A DNA stretch of 64,000 nt from Candidatus Brocadiia bacterium (lineage in GTDB: Bacteria; Planctomycetota; PUPC01; DSUN01): positions 1,411-65,410 of the forward strand of contig JBKHIY010000002.1 of assembly GCA_046538415.1 (NCBI GenBank), read 5' to 3'. Below are positions 47,102 to 56,815 of this stretch, piece after piece. The translations under genes were made by a program, and so were the position numbers. Numbering within the stretch: the first letter of the stretch is position 1; each line of letters opens with the position of its first letter. The notes under the pieces were generated by a model, which was given only the letters and a program-made list of their open reading frames with translations, searched no databases and was not told where the DNA came from.

Positions 47102-49939
47102 ATGCATATGGGAGGCACGCGACTCATTCTGGCGGTGGCCGCACTGGTCTGCTCCGCGGCCACGCCGGGGCACGGCGCGGAACGCGTGGCAGGTCCGGCG
47201 CCCAAGGTGGTGGCCGCCGAGCTCGCCGTGGATCTCAGTGTGTCGGTCCAGGAGGTGACCCCCCGGAATCTCCGGCTCCACCTCGACCTCCTGGGGCTCT
47301 TGTCCAACCCCAAGGGCGGGCGCAACGACCTCGCCGCCAGCCTCTCCCGCCTCGACGGCCAGTGGAAGCCAGGGGAGGGCAAAGCCCCGCGATACAACCG
47401 GGCCACCCACGAGGTCGACGGCAGCGGCCTGCGCATCGACCGGCGCAGCCTACAGGGCTCCCTCCACATCGCGGTCAAGCCCGACCGCTGGGTGCCCAAG
47501 GACAAGAAGGAGCGGGCGGTGCGCTGCACGGTCGGTGCCCGGGTCTACCCCCTCGAGCTCGGCGACGCAGCGGCCGCCGACGAGGCGACCGACCGCTTCC
47601 GAAAGCGATACCCCGCCGAGCGCACCGCGGTCTGGGGCATCGAGGGCACCTACCAAGCCACCTACGACGGGCAGCCCGTGGAGGGAAAGCTCACCGGGTA
47701 CGTAGCCCCCGCCCAGCGCCCCGGCTACTGGACCCTCGGCCAGTGGCGGGACGGCGTGAGGATGAGCTTCGACATGGGCACCGAGCGGGTGAACTGGAAT
47801 CACGCCCGCACCAGCGTCCTGGCCTTCCCGGAGCCGCGCGACCTCTCGGCGTTCCACGGAATCCGCCTCCGCGTCGACGCGGAGGCCCCCCGCCACGACG
47901 CGGCGGTCACCGTGTGGCTGCGGGAGGCGGACGGGAGCTGGTACCACGTCCGCTCCGCCGTGCCCCTGGCCGACGAGCGCAACGAGCGGGTGCTCCTCTT
48001 CGAGGATTTCACGGAGGCCGAATGGGTCGCACCCACGAACCACATGGACGAGGACTACGTGCTGGACACCCGCTCCATCTCGCACCTCGCCGTGGGGGTG
48101 ATCAACCCGCTGGGCGTGGGGCGCGTGGCGTTCACCCTCGAGGCCCTCGAGTTCGTCCAGTGCGCGACCGCCCCCTGGCCCCCGGCTCGAGCCGCGGTCA
48201 CCGGCCGCACGCTGGCGGTGAACGGCCACGAGATAGTGCCCCCCGGGATATTCGGCACCTACCCCGGCGAAGTGCCCGTGGCCTGGCGGCCCGGCTGCCG
48301 GCGAGCCCTGGGCGGCCCCCAAGGCCCCCGCCAGGTCGAGGAGGGGCGGAGCGAGGCGTTCCTCATCGACTGCTGGTTCGACCGCTTCACCCCCGCGCTC
48401 ATCCTCACCGACGCCCGGTGGAAGGAGAAGCTCGGCCAGTGGGCTACCCGCTACGCCCAGAGGGCCAGGGAGCTGGGCCTGCGCGGCCACCTGGAGTTCT
48501 GGAACGAGCCCTACCTGAACTGGGCGCGGGGGAAGGACGCCCGCAACTACCGCGTCCGCTACTTCGACGTGGACAAGGCCCGCGACGGCGGCCCGGTGAC
48601 CATCGAGGCCACCGGCGAGCGATTCCCGCTCTTCCGCTGGAAGAAGACCGAGAAGGGGTGGCGCGTCTACGACCCCACGCAGTTCACCTACTGGTCGGGT
48701 CGCGGCAACGGCGAGCTCTACAATCGAATGGCCGAGGTCGTGGCCCACACCGTCAAGGCCGCCAACCCTGAGGTCCAGATGATCGCCGGCTGGGGCTTCC
48801 GCTGGAACGAGGATCACTGGGCCGCCTGGGACCTCCTCTACCGCCCCACCATCGACCGCCTCGCCCCGAACCTCGATGGCGTCCACGAGCACCACTACCA
48901 GGGCGACACCACGGGGATGAACGGCACCTACGAGGTGCTCGTCGCCTACGCCAAGACCCGGCACGGCAAGTGGCTCTATGCCTACAACACCGAGACCGGC
49001 GACCTCATCGACGTGCCCGCCCGCGGCCACGTCGACACCCCGGAGAAGGCCCGCGCCGCACGAATCTACCGCAAGAACACCTATAACCTCCGCGACATGA
49101 TCTACTCCGTGCTCCAAAGCCCCGACAAGCTGCGCAGCCGAACCGTGCTCGTCTACGGCGAAGACGCGCCGACCGAGGAGAAAAAGCCCTGGCGGGTGGC
49201 CTACACCCTCCTCAGAAACCTGCGCGGGCGGCTCCTGGAGACCCGCTGCGACGACCCCAGACTCTGGTGCGTGGCCAGTCTGGACGGAACCGACCCCCGG
49301 GCCATGCCCCCCGACGGGGCGACCGCCCTGGTCGTGGTCCTCTTCAACGACCACCGGCGGCCCCGCGACGTCGAGCTCCAGATCACGGCCCCTGCGGGCA
49401 CTACCTTTCGCGATGGGACGGTGGAGCGGACGGTGCTCGACCGCTCCAGCTTCGACCTGCGGCTGGTCGTCGAGCCGGTCGAGGCCGCGGGGGCGCGGAA
49501 GGAGTTCGCGGTGACCCTGCCCGGGCGCTCGGCGTGGAAGGTCTCCCTGCCGCTGGCCGGCGAGCCCCCGTCGGTCGCCGAGGTCCGCCGCCGGCAGTTC
49601 TTCGCCCCCCGTATTCTCGCCGAGGTGAGCCGGGGGGAGGAGGTCGCCACCGAGGTGAAGCTCGACCGGAGCGTGCTCCGCGCGGCGCGCCGCGCCTGGC
49701 TCCGCCTCGTGGTCGAGGGCCTGGCCCCTGGCGAAGGCACCGTCCACGTCGGGGACAAGGCGCTGGCCCTTCCCAAGGCCTATACGGCGGACAACGTGAC
49801 ACGCATCGTGGAGTTGCCGGTGGCCACCGAGGCCCTCGCCGAGACGGTGCCCCTGGTCTTCCGGGTCAAGGAGGGGAATTTCGCCGGCTACCGGGTGGAC
49901 ATGGCCAGCATCGTGCTGGAGACCGCCGGCACGCCCTGA
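47102..49939 (+). CDS. Large secreted clan GH-A-like glycoside hydrolase with unassigned N- and C-terminal domains
   Basis: Signal peptide 'GTRLILAVAALVCSAATPGHG'. Acid/base-type 'LEFWNEPYLNW' and nucleophile-type 'YAYNTETGD' are about 160 aa apart. Confidence 0.55.
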   Translation: MHMGGTRLILAVAALVCSAATPGHGAERVAGPAPKVVAAELAVDLSVSVQEVTPRNLRLHLDLLGLLSNPKGGRNDLAASLSRLDGQWKPGEGKAPRYNRATHEVDGSGLRIDRRSLQGSLHIAVKPDRWVPKDKKERAVRCTVGARVYPLELGDAAAADEATDRFRKRYPAERTAVWGIEGTYQATYDGQPVEGKLTGYVAPAQRPGYWTLGQWRDGVRMSFDMGTERVNWNHARTSVLAFPEPRDLSAFHGIRLRVDAEAPRHDAAVTVWLREADGSWYHVRSAVPLADERNERVLLFEDFTEAEWVAPTNHMDEDYVLDTRSISHLAVGVINPLGVGRVAFTLEALEFVQCATAPWPPARAAVTGRTLAVNGHEIVPPGIFGTYPGEVPVAWRPGCRRALGGPQGPRQVEEGRSEAFLIDCWFDRFTPALILTDARWKEKLGQWATRYAQRARELGLRGHLEFWNEPYLNWARGKDARNYRVRYFDVDKARDGGPVTIEATGERFPLFRWKKTEKGWRVYDPTQFTYWSGRGNGELYNRMAEVVAHTVKAANPEVQMIAGWGFRWNEDHWAAWDLLYRPTIDRLAPNLDGVHEHHYQGDTTGMNGTYEVLVAYAKTRHGKWLYAYNTETGDLIDVPARGHVDTPEKARAARIYRKNTYNLRDMIYSVLQSPDKLRSRTVLVYGEDAPTEEKKPWRVAYTLLRNLRGRLLETRCDDPRLWCVASLDGTDPRAMPPDGATALVVVLFNDHRRPRDVELQITAPAGTTFRDGTVERTVLDRSSFDLRLVVEPVEAAGARKEFAVTLPGRSAWKVSLPLAGEPPSVAEVRRRQFFAPRILAEVSRGEEVATEVKLDRSVLRAARRAWLRLVVEGLAPGEGTVHVGDKALALPKAYTADNVTRIVELPVATEALAETVPLVFRVKEGNFAGYRVDMASIVLETAGTP

Positions 49940-49990
49940 CGGCTTCCTGCCGCTGCCAGGCGGCCGGGGTTGTGGCCAGGAGATCCGTCG

Positions 49991-50761
49991 CTACGAGGGG
50001 GGCCTGGCGGCGTTTTCTGGATGGCATGGCGCCCGGTCGTCGTCCTGGGGCACGAGCCCTGCGGCGAGCAGGGCCTCCGCGAGCCGGAGGTCCTCGGCGG
50101 TGGTGATCTTGAGATTCAGGTCGGAGCCCTCCACGATGGCGACGGGGCGCCCCAGGTGCTCGACCAGTTGGGCGTCGTCGGTCACGTCCGGCCCCTCCCG
50201 CTGGGCGGCCTGGTAGGCCCCCAGGATGAGCGAGCGGCGAAACACCTGGGGGGTCTGGGCGCCCCACAGGTTCCGCCGGTCCACCGTGCCCACCACGCGG
50301 TGGTCGGCCACCCTCTTGATGGTGGGCTTCACGGGGCTGGCTACGACGGCGGCACCCACTTTCTCGGCGGCGTCCAGGCTGGCGGCGATGGCCCGGCGGC
50401 TCACGAAGGGCCTCACCCCGTCGTGGATGACCACCAGGCCTGCCTCGCCGCTCACGTGGTCCAGCGCGGCCCGCACGGAGTCCTGCCGGCGTGCGCCGCC
50501 GGGGAGGATGCGGGTGACCCCGTAGGTGGCCTCGAGTCGCTCGCCCCAGGTGCGGCGCGCGGCGGGGATGTCCTCGGCGTGGAGGACCAGCAGGGTCTGG
50601 ACGATGCGGTCGCGGAAGGAGCGGAAGCGGTCGAGGGCGTGGAAGAGCAGGGGCTTGCCGGCCAGCTCGAGGAAAGGCTTGCGGCGGTTGCCCATCCGCC
50701 GTCCGAGACCGGCGGCGGGCACCACGAGGGCGATGGGGGGGGGTGGGAGATCGTCGGACAC
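49991..50761 (-). CDS. ispD: 2-C-methyl-D-erythritol 4-phosphate cytidylyltransferase
   Basis: GTG 50761 start. Motifs 'LVVPAAGLGRRMG', 'VVIHDGVRPF', 'GAQTPQVF'. The track ORF start at 51799 is an alternative-frame over-extension. Confidence 0.88.
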   Translation of the reverse strand: MSDDLPPPPIALVVPAAGLGRRMGNRRKPFLELAGKPLLFHALDRFRSFRDRIVQTLLVLHAEDIPAARRTWGERLEATYGVTRILPGGARRQDSVRAALDHVSGEAGLVVIHDGVRPFVSRRAIAASLDAAEKVGAAVVASPVKPTIKRVADHRVVGTVDRRNLWGAQTPQVFRRSLILGAYQAAQREGPDVTDDAQLVEHLGRPVAIVEGSDLNLKITTAEDLRLAEALLAAGLVPQDDDRAPCHPENAARPPS

Positions 50762-50811
50762 GAGTCCCTCACTTCGCGGCAGGGGTGGCTTAGGGGGCGG
50801 GCGCGCGGGCG

Positions 50812-51837
50812 TCACGCGACGAGCCTGCCGAAGATGAGGCGGCCGGAGCTCTTCTGGAGGACGCGGGTGATCTCGATGGTCACGTCGTTCCCGATCTTCT
50901 CCTCCGCCTCCTCCACCACCACCATGGTGCCGTCGTCGAGGAAGCCCACGGCCTGGCCCTGCTCCTCGCCTCGGCGGATGAGGCGGACGGGGAGGGTCTC
51001 GCCGGGGATGACGGACGGCTTGAGAGCGTTGGCCAGGTCGTTGAGGTTGAGAACGGGCACGCCCTGGGCCTGGGCCACCTTGTTGAGGTTGAAGTCCGTC
51101 GTGCACACGTGTGCATCGAGCTCGCGGGCGAGCTGGAGGAGCTTGGAATCGACCGGCCCGGGGGGCAAGTCGTCGGCTTCGTAGACACTCACGTCGAGGT
51201 TCTTGGCGCGCTGGAGCTGGTTGACCAGCTCCAGGCCGCGTCGGCCGCGCACGCGCTTGAGGTGGTTGGAGGAGTCGGCCAGGCCGTGGAGCTCCTCCAG
51301 CACGAAGGTGGGGATGAAGATGGGAGTCTCGATGAACCCCGTGCGGCACACGGCGGCGATCCGTCCGTCGATGATGGCGCTGGTGTCCAGGAGGAAAGCC
51401 CGCGGCCCCTTCTGTTCCCGCTTGAACTCCGTGTAGGGGATGACGAAGCGGAATCGGTCCCGCGTGCGGAACACGATCACCGTACACAGGTAGCACAGCA
51501 TGGCGGTGAGGATAATCCGGATCGCGGTGCGCGTATTCTCCCACTCCCGCGCCGACGCCTCGTCGGTGATCGTGGGGGGCTGGAGCACCAGGGTGGTGAT
51601 GTGGATGGCGACGGCCGAGAGCAGGAAGCCGATGGTGATCCCGAAGACCACCGCCACCAGGTTGGCCACCGACTCCTTGTCCGTGAAGAAGGCCTCCATG
51701 GCGAACACGATGATGAACAGGACGATGCCCAGGAGGATGCCCCAGAAGGGATCCGCGGCCCGGGCCACCTGCGAGGCCGACCACCCAGCTCCGGCGCACA
51801 CGAGCAGGAAGAAGAGCCGAAGCACCCAGAGCGTCAT
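50812..51837 (-). CDS. Membrane PIN + TRAM domain protein (YacL-like)
   Basis: Four N-terminal TM helices. PIN 'AFLLDTSAIIDGRI'. C-terminal TRAM-like 'GETLPVRLIRRGEEQGQAVGFLDDGTMVVV'. The position immediately upstream of ispD is a conserved arrangement. Confidence 0.8.
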   Translation of the reverse strand: MTLWVLRLFFLLVCAGAGWSASQVARAADPFWGILLGIVLFIIVFAMEAFFTDKESVANLVAVVFGITIGFLLSAVAIHITTLVLQPPTITDEASAREWENTRTAIRIILTAMLCYLCTVIVFRTRDRFRFVIPYTEFKREQKGPRAFLLDTSAIIDGRIAAVCRTGFIETPIFIPTFVLEELHGLADSSNHLKRVRGRRGLELVNQLQRAKNLDVSVYEADDLPPGPVDSKLLQLARELDAHVCTTDFNLNKVAQAQGVPVLNLNDLANALKPSVIPGETLPVRLIRRGEEQGQAVGFLDDGTMVVVEEAEEKIGNDVTIEITRVLQKSSGRLIFGRLVA

Positions 51838-51850
51838 GGCCCTCGCGCCC

Positions 51851-53131
51851 TCAATCGCGTTCCAGCCGGAACACCTCGCCGTACGGCACCGAGACCTCGC
51901 CGTGGCGCGTCTCCACGACTACATTACCCTCCTCACCCTCGATGCGCAAGAGGCGGCCGCGCATCGGGAGGCGCTGGCGACGAAGGACGAACCTGTAGAC
52001 CGGCCGCCCGGCGCCCGGCGGCCCGGGGTCGCTGCCCCCGTTCTTTGTGTGGTCGGAGCCGCGCGGCTCGGCGCTCTCCGCTGCCGGGCCCGCGGGCCGG
52101 GGCTCGTCGCCCTGGCCGGGGAGGAGGAGCAGGGCCAGGGCGCCCAGGAGGACGCAGGCTCCCGCGCCGGCAGCCCCTAGGAGGCGCCGGCGGCGACGCG
52201 CCGGCCCGGGCTGGGTGGCCGGCGTGGGCGTGACCGCTCCGTCCATGGGGAGGGTGGGCGAGGTGGGCGCCCCGGCGTTGGCGGCGAGGGCGCGCAGCTC
52301 TGGAGCGTCGGACACGGCGAGCAGGTCGGCGGCGAACGCTCGGGCGCTGGGGTAGCGCCGGGCGGGGTCCTTGGCCAGAGCCTTCTGGGCGATGGCCTCC
52401 AGCGCCGGGGGCGTGCCGGGGGCGAGCTTGCGCAAGGCGGGCGGGGGCGTCTCGACGTGCTGTCGGAGGGTGGCCACAGCGGACCGGCCGCGGAAGGGCA
52501 CCTGGCCGGTGAGCATCTCGAACAGCACCACGCCGAGGGCGTAGAGGTCGGAGCGGGGGGTGGCCTCGCCGCCCTCGGCCAGCTCGGGGGCCATGTACTC
52601 GGGGGTGCCGATCAGCGCGTGGCCGGTGGTCACCGAGCGGTCGGCGGCGGGCTTGGCCAGGCCGAAGTCCATGAGGATGGCCCGCCCGTCCTCGTCGATC
52701 ATGATGTTGCCCGGCTTGAGGTCGCGGTGCACGATGCCTGCGCCGTGCACCTTGTCCAGGGCGGAGAGCACCTGGCCCAGGATACGTGCCGCGGGGCCGA
52801 CGCCGAGGGGGCCTTGGCGGCGCAGGATGTCGCCTACGTTCCTGCCCTGGACGTACTCCATGGCGATGTAGTGCCTGGCCCGTTCGCAGCCCACGGCGTA
52901 GATGTGGACGAGGTTGGGGTGGCGGATCTTGGCCAGGGAGGTGGCCTCGCGCTCGAAGCGGGCCACGTACTCGGGGTCGGCGGCGAGCTGGGGAGGGAGG
53001 ATCTTGATGGCCACGGGCCGCTGGAGCGCCGGGTCGTGGGCGAGGTACACGGTGCCCATGCCCCCCTTGCCGATGGGGCGGTCGAGCACGAAGTTGCCCA
53101 AGGTCTCGGGGCCGGCGGCCGACGGGTCCAT
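51851..53131 (-). CDS. Hanks-type Ser/Thr protein kinase, single-pass membrane, small extracytoplasmic tail
   Basis: GGAGGGAGG RBS. Motifs 'IGKGGMGTVYLA', 'VAIK', 'HRDLKPGNIMI', 'DFGLAK', 'GTPEYMAPE'. TM 'LLGAAGAGACVLLGALALLLL'. Confidence 0.9.
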   Translation of the reverse strand: MDPSAAGPETLGNFVLDRPIGKGGMGTVYLAHDPALQRPVAIKILPPQLAADPEYVARFEREATSLAKIRHPNLVHIYAVGCERARHYIAMEYVQGRNVGDILRRQGPLGVGPAARILGQVLSALDKVHGAGIVHRDLKPGNIMIDEDGRAILMDFGLAKPAADRSVTTGHALIGTPEYMAPELAEGGEATPRSDLYALGVVLFEMLTGQVPFRGRSAVATLRQHVETPPPALRKLAPGTPPALEAIAQKALAKDPARRYPSARAFAADLLAVSDAPELRALAANAGAPTSPTLPMDGAVTPTPATQPGPARRRRRLLGAAGAGACVLLGALALLLLPGQGDEPRPAGPAAESAEPRGSDHTKNGGSDPGPPGAGRPVYRFVLRRQRLPMRGRLLRIEGEEGNVVVETRHGEVSVPYGEVFRLERD

Positions 53132-53155
53132 GTGGCCTCCCTCCGGGGCGGCGGC

Positions 53156-55039
53156 TCAGGCCTTGAGCCGGTAGGTCTTGATCTTGGCGTAGAGCGTGGA
53201 GCGGTCGATGCCCAGGATTTCGGCGGCCTCCTTCTTGTTGCCCTGGGTGTGCTGGAGCACCCGCTGGATATGCTCCTTCTCGATATCCTGGAGCGATGCC
53301 ATGGGGCTGGGCTCCCCGGAGGCCGGTCCCGCGCGGAGCTCGGGCACCACGTCCTCGGCCTCGAGGGTCTCCTTGGTGGACAGCACCACGAGGCGCTCGA
53401 GCACGTTGCGCAGCTCCCGCACGTTGCCTGGCCAGGGGTGCCGGCGCAGGGCGTCCAGGGCGTCGTCGGAGAGGCGGATGCGAGGCTTGCCGCACTTCTT
53501 GGAGAACAGGTCGAGGAAGTGCTCGCACAGCAGCTCCAGGTCGCCCACGTGCTCTCGCAGCGGGGGGAGGTGGCAGGTGAGGACGTTGAGGCGGTAGAAG
53601 AGGTCTTCGCGGAACCGCTTGGCCTCTACCAGGGCGGGGAGGTCCTGGTTGGTGGCGGCGATGACGCGGGCCCGGGAGGTGCGGTCGCGGGTGTCGCCCA
53701 CGCGTCGGAACTCGCCGGTCTCGAGCACGCGGAGGAGCTTGCTCTGGCTGGCGGGCGGCATCTCCGCGATCTCGTCGAGGAACAGGGTGCCGTGGTGGGC
53801 CAGCTCGAAGCGGCCTGGCCGGTCCTCGGTGGCCCCTGTGAACGCCCCCTTCACGTGGCCGAAGAGCTCACTGTCCAGCAGGGTCTCGGCCACCGCCGCG
53901 CAGTTGACGGCCTCGAAGGGGCCTTTGGCCCGCGGGCCGGTGTAGTGGATGGCACGGGCCACCAGCTCCTTGCCCGTGCCGCTCTCGCCCATCAGGAGCA
54001 CGCCGGAGTCGATGGGCGCCGCCTTTTCGATGAAATCGAACAGGGCCAGGACCTTGGGGTCCTGGCCGATGATGTGGTACTGGCTTCGCACCTCGCGTTC
54101 GAGCACCTGGCGCTCGCGGTGCAGCTCCTCGTTGCTGCGGATGTTGGTGAGGGCGACCACGGTGGGCATGGCGAGGGCGGTGAGCAGCTCGAGGTCGGTG
54201 CGGGTGAAGGGCTGGCCTTCGCCCAGGCGGTCGACGTAGATGGCGCCCAGGAGGCGCTCCCCGCTGCGCAGGGGCACGCACATGGCGGTGGCGATGCGGT
54301 TGAGCTGGATGCTGGGGCTGTCGCGGAAGCGCTCGTCCTCGGCGGGGGCGTGGCTGAGCACGGAGAGGCGCTCGTCGAAGGCGAAGTCGATGATGGAGCG
54401 GCTCACAGGCACCTTGGCCAGGTGGCGCTCGAAGGTGGAGGTCTCCCGGATCCAGGGCCTCCGCTCCCCGCTCTCGGGGTCGACCAGGAGGGGCACCACG
54501 CGGTCGGGCGCGATGGCCTCCTCGACGGCGGCGGCGAGCTGGTCGAGCAGCTGGGCCACGCTGCGCGCCTCGGGGGCGGCGTGGGAGTAGCGGAAGAGGG
54601 TGATGAGCCCCTCGTTGGCGTGCTCCAGCTCCTCGCGCGAGCGGGTCAGGCGGCCCCGGCTGAGCAGCTCGATGCGGCTGCTGACCACGGTCTCGGCGAT
54701 GGTGGGCCGCACCCAGGCGGTGTCCTCGGGCGGTAGCTCGTGGCGGGCCTCCTCGTCGTCGACGAAGAGCAGGTGCACGTCGCCCAGGGCCACCTCGTCG
54801 AGGGAGGTGAGCAGGTGGTGATCGACGCGGGCCCCATTGACCAGGGTGCCGTTGCGGCTCTCCAGGTCGGTGAGTGCCCAGCGGTCGCCCTCGCGGGCCA
54901 CGCGAGCGTGGGCTCTGGACACCTTGGCGTCGGGCAGATGGATGTCGCAGTCGAGGTCTCGCCCGATGGTCATGGGCTGGTCGGAGAGCTCGTAGATGGT
55001 TCCCTTGCTGGCGCCGCTCTGGACGATGAGTTTGGCCAT
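53156..55039 (-). CDS. FHA-GAF-AAA+-HTH sigma54-dependent transcriptional activator
   Basis: FHA 'TIGRDLDCDIHLPDAKVSRAHARV...SRNGTLVNG'. GAF-like middle region. AAA+ motifs 'GESGTGKE', 'GAFTGA', 'HGTLFLDEI', 'ATNQDL'. Fis-type HTH 'GNKKEAAEILGIDRSTLYAKIKTY'. Confidence 0.9.
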   Translation of the reverse strand: MAKLIVQSGASKGTIYELSDQPMTIGRDLDCDIHLPDAKVSRAHARVAREGDRWALTDLESRNGTLVNGARVDHHLLTSLDEVALGDVHLLFVDDEEARHELPPEDTAWVRPTIAETVVSSRIELLSRGRLTRSREELEHANEGLITLFRYSHAAPEARSVAQLLDQLAAAVEEAIAPDRVVPLLVDPESGERRPWIRETSTFERHLAKVPVSRSIIDFAFDERLSVLSHAPAEDERFRDSPSIQLNRIATAMCVPLRSGERLLGAIYVDRLGEGQPFTRTDLELLTALAMPTVVALTNIRSNEELHRERQVLEREVRSQYHIIGQDPKVLALFDFIEKAAPIDSGVLLMGESGTGKELVARAIHYTGPRAKGPFEAVNCAAVAETLLDSELFGHVKGAFTGATEDRPGRFELAHHGTLFLDEIAEMPPASQSKLLRVLETGEFRRVGDTRDRTSRARVIAATNQDLPALVEAKRFREDLFYRLNVLTCHLPPLREHVGDLELLCEHFLDLFSKKCGKPRIRLSDDALDALRRHPWPGNVRELRNVLERLVVLSTKETLEAEDVVPELRAGPASGEPSPMASLQDIEKEHIQRVLQHTQGNKKEAAEILGIDRSTLYAKIKTYRLKA

Positions 55040-55087
55040 GGGCTGGCGGTTCCCGCAACGGTCGTCGGAGGTCGCCCTCGAGGGTAT

Positions 55088-56287
55088 CTACACCCGTTCG
55101 TAGGGGTAGAAGAGCTTCTTGTACTCGTCCTGTGCGAAGCGGTCGGTCATGCCCGCGATGTAGTCGCAGATCACGCGGTGGAGCCCGTCGGTGTGGGCGG
55201 CGCGCCGGTAGTCGTCGGGCAGTTGCCGCGTATCGGTCAGGTAGGCCTGGAAGAGCTGGCGTACGAAGCGCTTGGCCTTGGCCATCATGCGCACCACGCG
55301 GTAGTGCTGGTAGAGGCGCTCGTGGAGGAAGGCCTCCAGCTCGGCCTTCTGGCGGTGGATCTCCTGGGAGAAGGCGAACAGGCGGTGGCCGGCGGCCCGC
55401 ACCTCCTCGGCGCTGGCCACGCCCAGGTCGGCGATGCGCTGCCCCGTGGTGCTCGCCAGGTCGGTGACCTGGAGGTTGATGAGGTGGATGATGATCTGGC
55501 GGTCGCGGATGGTCTGGGGCAGCCCCAGCTGGTGTCGGTCGAGGATGCGGGCGGCCATGGTCCAGGCCTCGAGCTCCTGGAGCTCGCCTCGCTCCAGGAG
55601 CCCGGCGGTGAGGCCGTCGTCCAGGTCGTGGTTGTTGTAGGCGATCTCGTCGGCCACTTCCACGGCCTGGGCCTCGAGGACCGGCTGGGCCCCGTCGTCG
55701 AACTCGGGGATGGCGGGACGGTCGTGGCGCGTGGTGTGCTTGGCCATGGCTTCCCGGACCTCGTGGGAGAGGTTGAGGCCGGGGAAGTTGGGGTAGCGGC
55801 GCTCCAGGAGGTCGACCACGCGGAGCCCATGGCGGTTGTGCTCGAAGCCGCCATGGTCGCGCATCTGCTCGTTCAGCTCCTCCTCCCCGGAGTGGCCGAA
55901 CGGGGTGTGGCCCAGGTCGTGGGCCAGGGCGATGGCCTCCGTGAGATCCTCGTTGAGCCCCATGATGCGGGCGATGGTGCGGGAGATCTGGGCGACCTCC
56001 AGGGTGTGGGTGAGGCGCGTGCGGTAGTAGTCGCCCTCGTGGTTGACGAACACCTGGGTCTTGTACTCCAGGCGGCGGAAGGCGGTAGAGTGGATCACGC
56101 GGTCGCGGTCCCTCTGGTAGACGGTGCGCAGGGGGTGCTCTTCCTCCGCGTGGCTGCGGCCCCGGGACCCGCGGCTGCGCATGGCGCAGGGGGCCAGGAT
56201 CTCGTCCTCGCGCTGCTCGAGGGTCTGCCGGCTCAGCATGCCCCGGGGCGGCGCGTGGCCAGCGGCTGAGGGCGCTGCGTCGGGCAC
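55088..56287 (-). CDS. dGTP triphosphohydrolase-like HD-domain protein
   Basis: Motifs 'RLTHTLEVAQISR', 'LAHDLGHTPFGH', 'ADEIAYNNHDLDD', 'DYIAGMTD'. Confidence 0.85.
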   Translation of the reverse strand: MPDAAPSAAGHAPPRGMLSRQTLEQREDEILAPCAMRSRGSRGRSHAEEEHPLRTVYQRDRDRVIHSTAFRRLEYKTQVFVNHEGDYYRTRLTHTLEVAQISRTIARIMGLNEDLTEAIALAHDLGHTPFGHSGEEELNEQMRDHGGFEHNRHGLRVVDLLERRYPNFPGLNLSHEVREAMAKHTTRHDRPAIPEFDDGAQPVLEAQAVEVADEIAYNNHDLDDGLTAGLLERGELQELEAWTMAARILDRHQLGLPQTIRDRQIIIHLINLQVTDLASTTGQRIADLGVASAEEVRAAGHRLFAFSQEIHRQKAELEAFLHERLYQHYRVVRMMAKAKRFVRQLFQAYLTDTRQLPDDYRRAAHTDGLHRVICDYIAGMTDRFAQDEYKKLFYPYERV

Positions 56288-56299
56288 GGGCGAGGGCTC

Positions 56300-56815
56300 C
56301 TAGGGCTCCAGACGTTGGCGCAGGAGGTCATAGAGGGCCTCCAGCGATTGCACGATCACCTTGGTGCCGGCCGTCGCCGGCATGAAGTTCGTGTCTCCCT
56401 GCCAGCGGGGCACGATGTGCACGTGGAGGTGTCCGGGGACGCCGGCTCCGGCGCAGCGCCCCAGGTTGATCCCGATGTTGAAGCCGTGCGGCGCGACGCT
56501 CTGGGCCAACAGCGCCTGGGTGTCGCGCGTCAGGCGCATCAGCGCCGCCAGCTCCTCCTCGTTCAGTTCGCCGAGGTCGCCCTTGTGGGCGTTCGGCGCC
56601 ACCAGCACATGGCCGTTGTTGTAGGGGAAGCGGTTGAGGATGGAGAAGCAGCTCTCGCGGCGCTCCACCAGGAAATGCCCGCGGTCGTCCTCCGAACCAA
56701 GCGCCGTGCACAGGAAGCACCCGTCCCGCTCCGGGCGGATCACGTAGTCGATCCGCCAGGGCGCCCAGAGCACCTCGGGGAGGCGGGCCTCCGAGCTCTC
56801 AGCCCCTTCTCTCAC
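56300..56815 (-). CDS. HIT-family nucleotide hydrolase/transferase
   Basis: GTG 56815 overlaps the FmdB stop (GTGA). Histidine triad 'GVPGHLHVHIVPRW', 'LWAPWRIDY'. Confidence 0.8.
   Translation of the reverse strand: MREGAESSEARLPEVLWAPWRIDYVIRPERDGCFLCTALGSEDDRGHFLVERRESCFSILNRFPYNNGHVLVAPNAHKGDLGELNEEELAALMRLTRDTQALLAQSVAPHGFNIGINLGRCAGAGVPGHLHVHIVPRWQGDTNFMPATAGTKVIVQSLEALYDLLRQRLEP

Noticed and set aside
55088-56287. dGTPase-like gene as an anti-phage dNTP-depletion defence gene
   Set aside because: It sits inside a conserved-looking housekeeping operon (HIT, YacL, ispD) with no mobile-element or defence-island context. The HD-domain Dgt-like protein is common as a core gene.
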